From contig CAVYAN010000038.1 of assembly GCA_963766075.1 (NCBI GenBank), positions 1 to 55,077 on the forward strand: 55,077 nt of DNA. The letters run 5' to 3'. This DNA is from an uncultured cyanobacterium (GTDB lineage Bacteria; Cyanobacteriota; Cyanobacteriia; Leptolyngbyales; Leptolyngbyaceae). A program made the translations under genes and the position numbers. The notes beneath the pieces were generated by a model. The model was not told the origin of the DNA. It searched no databases and saw only the letters and a program-made list of their open reading frames with translations. Below are positions 48,112 through 55,077 of this stretch, one piece after another. Every line of letters starts with the position of its first letter. Position 1 is the stretch's first letter.

Positions 48112-49885
48112 ATGAACCATGAACCGGCACGGCAACAGGTGAAACGATTTGTTCGGCGATTTGAGCCATCCTATCGCCGATTGGCTTACTATGCGGCGTT
48201 GCCGTTGGTGCTGACGCCAGAGCTGGTCCACTATTTGCGTAACCAGTTTTTGCTTAAGGATGCGGTGAGCCAGGACGGGGTGATCGAGAAAGGGGTGCCA
48301 TGGGTGGCTGAGGCCGACCTCCTGCTGTCGGATTTGTGTAGTCCGGTGGGCTATGAGCAATATGCAATTGACCCAGCGGTGCGGGCGTATTTGCTGTCGG
48401 AGATGGAGACGGTGATTGGGCGAGACCAGATGCAGGCCGTGGCGCGATTGTTGCTGAGCTATGTCCAGCAGTTGGCTCAGGCAAACCCAGAAATTTGGCA
48501 GCAGGAACTGAAGAATCAGCAGTGGGCCGCGATGGTCTATTTGGATGATCTCAACAGCCGCGAATCTGTCGTGGGGCAGCTCGCAGCGGAATATGAAAAG
48601 TGGGCGGCGGCGGGCAAAATCACGGCGATGGGAGCACAGGCGATCCAAGCCCAGTTAGATCAGTTGGTGCGTATACGCAGGAAATGGCACCGCAGGTGCG
48701 AGACTATCCGGAACTGGTGCGCTATGCGGATTTGCTGAAACGTTTGCTCTACGAACCGGAAGCCGTAAATCCAGCGGAGTTAGCGCAGCAGTTTGCCTTG
48801 GCTCCGGGGATAGAGGTGGCGGTGCCGTCTGTATTGGTGGGTGGACCTGCGATCTCTGCTGGGGATGTCCTGTGGGGCAGACCTTTGACTATGAGGTCAT
48901 GACAGTTGCTTTTGATGAGGATGGCGCAGGTGAAGAGGACTCAGAGGCCGAGGACTCAGACGCTGAGGACTTAGAGATTGAGTCCTTCGAGTTTGATAGT
49001 GCCACGGTGGTGGTGTCAGAGAAAGGCCGTGGTCGCAAGAAAGTGCCCGAATTGGCAATCGCACGACAACGAGGGCAAGCGTGGCAGTTTATTGAACGAT
49101 TACCCGAGTCAGTCGCTCTAAAGAAATGGTGGCAATTCCTGCTGGAGAGTTCCTCATGGGGTCGCCAGAGAATGAGCTCAGAGCGAATAGACTCTGAAGA
49201 CCCACAGCACCGCGTCACCGTGCCTGAATTTTATTTAGGCAAGTACCCAGTCACCCAGGCGCAATGGCGGGTTGTGGCTGGGTTTCCGGAGATTGAGCGA
49301 GAGCTTAATCCAGATCCGGCTAATTTCAAGGGGGATGAACGCCCAGTAGAGCAAGTTTCGTGGGAAGAGGCTGTAGAGTTTTGTGCGCGACTAAGCGAGT
49401 TCACCAGACGCGAGTATCGGTTGCCCAGCGAGGCGGAGTGGGAGTATGCCTGTCGCGCTGGGACAACTACACCGTTCCACTATGGGGAGACTATCATTAC
49501 GGACCTGGCTAATTACCGAGGTACGGATTTGAAGTATGAGGGAAAAACTTATCCAGGGTTTTACGGCGCTGGCCCACGGGGGGAGTATCGAGAGCAAACC
49601 ACAGCGGTGGGCAGCTTTCCTGCGAATGCGTTTGGTTTATACGACATGCACGGGAATGTGTGGGAATGGTGCTTGGACCATTGGCATGGAAATTATGAAG
49701 GCGCGCCGCCGGATGGGAGTGCGTGGTTAAGTGAAGAAAAAAGCTCAGAACGCCTGCTGCGCGGCGGTTCGTGGTGCAGCGTCCCGAGGAGCTGCCGATC
49801 TGCGGTTCGCAACGTCTTCGCGCCCGGTGACCGCCTCAACGGCAGCGGTTTTCGAGTTGTCTGTGTGGCTGCCAGGACTATGTAG
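48112..49885 (+). CDS. DGR target 1: conflict-system N-terminal domain plus FGE-sulfatase (CLec-fold) C-terminal domain with VR1; frameshifted
   Basis: ALPLVLTPEL...[53 protein letters not shown]...GFRVV. Confidence 0.88.
49751..49882 (+). repeat. DGR variable region VR1
   Basis: Colinear with TR 52724-52855: 20 mismatches at TR adenines and 4 at other bases over 43 codons (hand count). Confidence 0.95.
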
Positions 49886-49920
49886 CCCTCTGCTCTTTTG
49901 CCCTCTTGCCCTCTGCCCGT

Positions 49921-49935
49921 GCCGCCCTTGGCGGC
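49921..49935. promoter_or_regulatory. DGR target-recognition hairpin after VR1
   Basis: GCCGCC-CTT-GGCGGC; a counterpart follows VR2 but not TR. Confidence 0.7.
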
Positions 49936-50004
49936 TCAAAATTTTTTGTCCTTTTGGCAGTATGCTAAGGCGATGACAGAACTGCCGACATCCGACATCA
50001 GTCC

Positions 50005-50262
50005 CTAATTCAAAAGACGCTCATATTCATCATGATCGCCGATCCAAATCCAATAATAATCGTCGCCCTTTTTCAAGGCTAAGGCGCGATAGCCGCCACT
50101 CACTCGGGCAGACCAAAGATTCTTCCCAACTTTTTTGAAATGTAACGAGGGATGCAGAGCATTTTGCTGCCATAGTCGATATGCCTTCCGCGCCTGCACC
50201 TTCATCTCCGGCGATAATTGCGCATATCCTTGCCAAAAATCAGCCGTCGTCCAGGACTTCAT
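50005..50262 (-). CDS. RelE/ParE-like toxin
   Basis: FWQGYAQL...ARKAYRLW...HPSLHFKKV..WSARV...WIGDHDEYE. Confidence 0.85.
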   Translation of the reverse strand: MKSWTTADFWQGYAQLSPEMKVQARKAYRLWQQNALHPSLHFKKVGKNLWSARVSGGYRALALKKGDDYYWIWIGDHDEYERLLN

Positions 50263-50461
50263 CCAGATCCCTCACTGAGTTGGCAGCAATCTCTGCTTCG
50301 GCTTTGGCTATCAGGCGATCTAACTTGCCGGAGTCCAAATCGGTGACCAGTTGCTGATCCCATCGCTCATCGAGATAGGCTTGCAGCCACTTGGCCAGAT
50401 CGCGAACCTCACCCTCTGGTAATGCTTTGATTGCCGATTCCACCTCTAGTCGGGTCGTCAT
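50240..50461 (-). CDS. Cognate antitoxin
   Basis: VESAIKALP...WDQQLVTDLDSGKLD.LIAKA; overlaps the toxin start. Confidence 0.8.
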   Translation of the reverse strand: MTTRLEVESAIKALPEGEVRDLAKWLQAYLDERWDQQLVTDLDSGKLDRLIAKAEAEIAANSVRDLDEVLDDG

Positions 50462-50593
50462 AAGCCACTTCACAGCTCAACAACGTTTATATCGTAGCGC
50501 TAATCGTTCCAGGCGGATGCTAAGCGCTAGACTCAGGGTTCTCGGAGAACCCTGGGATCTGAAGTAGGCTCCTTTTGGCAGTATGCTAGGGCG

Positions 50594-50962
50594 ATGACAG
50601 AACTGCCAATTATCCAAAAAACCTACGATCTGATCAAATGGTATGTGCCAATCTTAAACAAGCTACCTCGCGATCATAAATTTGGGTTGGGTGACCGAAT
50701 GATCGCAGGTTTATACGATCTGCTCGAAGACTTACTCCGCGCTAGGTTTGCCAAGGAAAAGCGGGATTTGTTAAGCGACTTAAATACAAATCTGGATATT
50801 CTGCGTTACCAAACTCGGCTCCTGCACGATTTCAGACAAATCACAACTCAGCGCTACGAGTATGTCAGCCATCTCTTCAACCAAATTGGCATCGACTTGG
50901 GCGGTTGGATTAAACAGCAAAATCCAACAAAAAATTTAACAACAAGGGTAATCTCCCAGTGA
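50594..50962 (+). CDS. avd: DGR accessory variability determinant
   Basis: [33 protein letters not shown]...LRYQTRL...[10 protein letters not shown], directly before the RT. Confidence 0.93.
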   Translation: MTELPIIQKTYDLIKWYVPILNKLPRDHKFGLGDRMIAGLYDLLEDLLRARFAKEKRDLLSDLNTNLDILRYQTRLLHDFRQITTQRYEYVSHLFNQIGIDLGGWIKQQNPTKNLTTRVISQ

Positions 50963-52108
50963 AACGTTACGGCGACCTGTGGCCGCAAATCACGAGCTTT
51001 GAAAACTTGTTGCTCTCTGCCCGCAAAGCCCAGCGGGGCAAGCGCTTTCGGGATAACGTCCTGGCGTTTAACGATCGCTTGGAAACCAACCTGCTGGCCC
51101 TGCAAACTCAGCTCCAAACCCAGAGTTACCAACCCGGAGCCTACCGCACCTTCGAGATATTTGAACCCAAGCCGCGCATCATCTCTGCCGCGCCCTACCC
51201 CGATCGCGTGGTTCACCACGCCCTCTGCACCATTATTGCCCCGTTGTTCGAGCGCACCTTCATCCACGACTCCTACGCCAACCGCATGGGCTATGGCACC
51301 CACCGCGCCCTGCATCGCTTCACGCACTATTGCCGCTCCCGGCCCCTACATTCTGCAAGCCGACATCCGCAAATACTTCCCTAACATCGACCACGCCATC
51401 CTCAAAGCCCTAATCCGGCGCAAAATCAAGTGCCCCCAGACCCTCTGGCTGATTGATCAGATTATTGACAATAGTCATCACGTTTGCCCTCACCCTAGCC
51501 CTCTCCCCGAGGGAGAGGGAACAAGAGTTCTGGCTCCCTTCTCCCCAGGGAGAAGGGTTGGGGATGAGGGCAAGTTTCCTGGCGATGATTCACTCCCCTC
51601 ACTAGAGCGCCCGCGCGGCCTACCCATTGGCAACCTCACCAGTCAGTTTTTTGCCAACGTTTACCTCAACGGCTTCGATCACTTTGTCACCGAAACTCTG
51701 CGCGTCCCCTACCTGCGCTACGTCGATGACTTTGCCTTGTTTTCGAGAGATCGCGCCTTCCTTGCCGATGCCCGCTTGGCCATTGAAGCCTACCTGTCCA
51801 CCCTGCGCCTCCAACTCCACCCCGCCAAAACCCAGCTTTCCGAGACCCGCCATGGCGCTAGCTTTGTGGGATTCCGCGTTCTGCCCGACCGCATCCGCGT
51901 CCGCAGCGATAACCTGCGTCGTGCCCGTCTGCGGTTCCAACGCCTGCGCCGTGCCGAGGCCCAAGGCCATCGACTCGCGGCCCGCATTGACTCTTCCCGG
52001 CAAAGCTGGCTGGCCCACCTGAAACATGGCGATACCTGGCGATTACGGCAAAAAATCGAATCCAATCCCCTAATCATCGATCAGGCTGTGCCATGCGGGT
52101 TCGATTAA
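50959..52108 (+). CDS. DGR reverse transcriptase (frameshift near 51340)
   Basis: [54 protein letters not shown]. Confidence 0.95.
51484..51573. repeat. 90-bp palindromic repeat element inserted in frame within the RT
   Basis: TTGCCCTCACCCTAGCCCTCTCCC...GGGAGAAGGGTTGGGGATGAGGGCAA. Confidence 0.8.
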
Positions 52109-52137
52109 ACTAGAACAACTACACAGAGGAAAGGCTC

Positions 52138-52383
52138 ATGATGACTCGCCTAGACGTAGATAGCGAACTTCTACAGGCCGCGATCGCCCTTGACCCCGAA
52201 GCCACCCCAGGGCCAATCGTTGAAACGGCTCTGCGCGAATATATCCAACGCCGCCAGCAATTAAAACAGGCCGTCATGCTGGGCGCTGAGGCGGCGGATC
52301 GGGGTGAGTTAATCGATGGCGAAACTGCCATGAGCGCCCTCAAACAGAAATTAGAGGCTTGGCGAAACGAGGCATCAGCGTAA
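52138..52383 (+). CDS. Antitoxin (VapB-like N-terminus, ParD-like C-terminus)
   Basis: LDVDSELLQAA...VETALREYI...GAEAADRGELIDGE. Confidence 0.75.
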   Translation: MMTRLDVDSELLQAAIALDPEATPGPIVETALREYIQRRQQLKQAVMLGAEAADRGELIDGETAMSALKQKLEAWRNEASA

Positions 52384-52682
52384 TGCGCCGTTATGAGATT
52401 ACGACCCTTGCCAACCAAGATCTCGAGGCTATCCTACGACATATTGCTGACAACGTAGGATTTGATCAGGCTGATCGTTTTTTGAGCCGCTTCACCCAAA
52501 AATTGCGCCGCATTGCCGCCTTTCCTAACCTTGGCAAACCCCGTCGAGAATGGGGCGAAGACTACCGCAGCCTGACCCTAGATGATTACCTAATTGTTTA
52601 CCGCGTTACCAAGGAAATTGTCGAAATTCTCCGCGTTGTCAGTGGGTATCGCGACCTTGACACGCTTTTCAATGATTCATGA
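52383..52682 (+). CDS. ParE/RelE-family toxin
   Basis: ANQDLEAI..HIA...FPNLGKPR...YLIVYR...VEILRVVSGYRDL. Confidence 0.88.
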   Translation: MRRYEITTLANQDLEAILRHIADNVGFDQADRFLSRFTQKLRRIAAFPNLGKPRREWGEDYRSLTLDDYLIVYRVTKEIVEILRVVSGYRDLDTLFNDS

Positions 52683-52723
52683 TGCTAACCACATCGTAAG
52701 ATGAGGCCAGGGGTAGGCAGACC

Positions 52724-52855
52724 AACCTGCTGCGCGGCGGTTCTTGGAACAACAACCCGAGGAACTGCCGATCTGCGGTTCGCAACAACAATGCGCCCGA
52801 TAACCGCAACAACAACAACGGTTTTCGAGTGGTATGTGTGGCTGCCAGCACTCTT
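52724..52855 (+). ncRNA. DGR template repeat (TR)
   Basis: AAC-rich copy of both VRs (13 AAY codons in the target frame), with no start or upstream domain. Confidence 0.95.
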
Positions 52856-53025
52856 CCATAGTCAGAACTGGTTCATCCACGGATGGGCTGGGCGTACTCG
52901 AAGAGTCCAGACCTGCTCCCGTGCAGAGGACAACCGCTGCCGAAAATCAAACCGAGGGGGATAGCTTGGTAGCCCTGGCACAGCCGAGGCGAACAGTTGC
53001 CCCCCTCACCCCTATTTTCCCTGCC

Positions 53026-53833
53026 ATGGCCCTCATCTACAAACGTTTCACCCGTACTGCCCAGTTTTTCTCTCAGCAGTTGAGTCCTACTGTCGGCCTA
53101 GATATGGTGCTGATTCCGGGCGGTAGCTTTCAGATGGGGTCGCCAGAGGATGAACTAGATAGAGGAGAACAAGAAGGCCCCCAGCACCGCGTTACGGTGC
53201 CGTCGTTCTGTATGGGCAAGTACCCGATCACCCAAGCCCAATGGCGTGTTGTAGCAGAGCTACCCCCGGCAAATCAGGATCTGGATCCAGAGCCGTCCCG
53301 TTTTAAGGGGGATGAGCGCCCTGTGGAGCAAGTTTCGTGGGAAGAGGCTGTAGAGTTCTGTGCGCGACTGAGCCAGTTTACCGGGCGCGAGTATCGTTTG
53401 CCGAGTGAAGCAGAGTGGGAGTATGCCTGCCGGGCTGGGACGACGACACCGTTTCACTATGGCGAAACCATCACTCCGGATATAGCCAACTACGATGGCA
53501 ACTCTACCTATGGTCGGTGGACCCAAAGGTGATTTACCGTGAGGAAACTACGCCAGTGGGCAGCTTTCCTGCGAATGCGTTTGGTTTGTACGACATGCAC
53601 GGAAATGTGTGGGAATGGTGCTTGGATCATTGGCATGGAAATTATGAAGGCGCACCAGTGGATGGGAGTGCGTGGTTAAGTGAAGAAAAAAGCTCAAGAC
53701 GCCTGCTGCGCGGCGGTTCTTGGTACAACATCCCGAGGGACTGCCGATCTGCGTTTCGCATCAACATGCGCCCGATTACCGCAACAACAGCTTCGGTTTT
53801 CGAGTGGTATGTGTGGCTGCCAGGACTCTTTAG
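53026..53833 (+). CDS. DGR target 2: stand-alone FGE-sulfatase (CLec-fold) protein with VR2; indels near 53520 and 53766
   Basis: [50 protein letters not shown]. Confidence 0.88.
53700..53830 (+). repeat. DGR variable region VR2
   Basis: Versus TR: 10 substitutions at adenines, a 1-nt deletion in AAT, and 2 non-A differences (hand count). Confidence 0.95.
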
Positions 53834-53873
53834 CTCTTTGCCCTCTTGCTCTTTTGCCCTCTTTCTATGCCTG

Positions 53874-53888
53874 TCCGCCCTAGGCGGA
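53874..53888. promoter_or_regulatory. DGR target-recognition hairpin after VR2
   Basis: TCCGCC-CTA-GGCGGA. Confidence 0.7.
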
Positions 53889-53978
53889 TCAAATTTTTTT
53901 AGCTTTCCTCTCCCCCACGGGTTAGATCGCCCCGTCAATCGGGCATGCTTGCGCCAAGACATTTGCAGCTTTCTCCCC

Positions 53979-55005
53979 ATGATGGCCATCACCCACGCCT
54001 GCATCGCCCTGGCCGGCACCACCCTCCTGCTCAACACCGCCCACCCCCTGCCCCTGGGCCTCGCCATCCTCGGCTCCCAACTCCCCGACATCGACACCAG
54101 CACCAGCCTGATCGGTCAAATCTGCTTCCCCATCAGCCACTGGATCGAAGACCGCTATCCCCACCGCACCCTCACCCACTGCCTGATCGTCACCGCCGTC
54201 TTGGTGGCCCTCACCCTACCCTTCGGCCTGTTCTGGGGGCTATGGCACCCCCTCGCCCTACCCCTCGGCCACCTGCTCTCCACCTTCGCCGACACCTTCA
54301 CCCGCCAGGGCGTTCAGCTCTTTTACCCCTACCCCGCCTGGTGCATCTCCGTCGCCAATCCCAAACGCCGCCTAGTCACGGGTGGACCCGGTGAGTACTG
54401 GGTTTTAGCCGGAGCGATCGCCGCCTTCCTCCTGGGCCTCTCCCTCACCCTGGGCGGTGGCCTCACCCAGCAAGTGGGTCAAACCCTCGGCATCCGTCAG
54501 GGAGCCATTGCGGTCTACAACAAACACGCCAGCCGCTACCAGGTCTATGCCAAGGTGGAAGGCTACTGGAGCAGCGATCGCACCCGTGCCGATGGCACGT
54601 TACTTCATCGTGGCCAATGATGGCGATGAGTTCATCCTGAGCAACGGCACTGGCCTCTACAAAACCGGACAGCAAATCATCCCCGAACGCCTCACCGCTG
54701 AAGTGGGCAATCCTGGGACGATGCAGCTCCAAACCCTGAGCTTTAGCGATGAGGAAGTGGGGGAGAAGCTGACGGCAGCGGCGGCGCAGTTTCCGGGGGC
54801 GTTGGTGTTGCTGAGTGGGCAGATGGCGATTGATCTGCCGGAATCGGTGCGGTTGCCCTTGGTGCCCAACCAACTCCAGACCGCGCAGCTCTCTGGCAAT
54901 ACGGTAACGCTCACCCATCACCCCATAGAGAAAGCGATCGCAGAGCTAAGGGACCAGTATGGATCGGGCAACCTAACGGTGCAGGTCATTACACCCAAGC
55001 CATGA
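53979..55005 (+). CDS. Membrane-bound metal-dependent hydrolase (YdjM-like); frameshift near 54600
   Basis: [34 protein letters not shown]. Confidence 0.85.
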
Positions 55006-55077
55006 TCCGTTATTCCCTGTTGGCGATCGCGCTCCTATTGGTGAGCTGCTCACCCCCACCCCCATTCCCCCAGCCCT
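55002..55077 (+). CDS. Lipoprotein N-terminus, cut by the window end
   Basis: [16 protein letters not shown] lipobox; start overlaps the previous stop. Confidence 0.5.
   Translation, partial: MIRYSLLAIALLLVSCSPPPPFPQP

Larger units (their letters stand above)
26731..55077. mobile_element. Integrated plasmid-like genomic island, running past the window end
   Basis: att remnant, Rep/ParM remnants, IS elements, dense TA and conflict genes, no core genes. Confidence 0.65.

Noticed and set aside
52701..52964. ORFs across the TR (52701-52964, 52669-52851, and the 5' extension of 52834-53532)
   Set aside because: These are incidental frames over the TR and spacer RNA; target 2 plausibly starts at ATG 53026.
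53415..54620. Apparent 401-aa fusion of FGE-sulfatase with the hydrolase
   Set aside because: It arises from the 1-nt deletion in VR2. In the TR/VR1 frame target 2 stops at TAG 53831-53833, and the hydrolase has its own ATG at 53979.

Overview
The window has three parts. (i) Bases 1-~2715 hold a high-GC, frameshift-riddled gyrA (minus strand) with no HIP1 (GCGATCGC) sites that I could find. It abuts a cyanobacterial gene mid-ORF and is probably a chimeric join. (ii) Bases ~2.7-26.6 kb are cyanobacterial chromosome rich in HIP1: FHA-PBP1A, YqeG, UbiA-family transferase, DUF2949, a CTERM-sorted surface protein, caspase-STAND-WD40, ugd, UDP-glucuronate decarboxylase, lepA, a GAF kinase, tRNA-Glu and uvrB. 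(iii) From a tRNA-Thr-like 3' att remnant at ~26.73 kb to the window end lies a plasmid-derived island. It carries an RT remnant, ParM/Rep remnants, IS1 and ISAzo13, and an array of toxin-antitoxin (TA) cassettes punctuated by six copies of a 35-bp motif at an ATPase 3' end. It also carries a Trypco-trypsin-iSTAND-MoxR-vWA conflict operon whose last gene is the target of a diversity-generating retroelement (DGR). The DGR comprises VR1, avd, RT, TR and a second target with VR2, with TA modules wedged between its parts. Many island ORFs are split by 1-nt indels, which may be long-read errors. All family calls come from motif recognition, not database searches.
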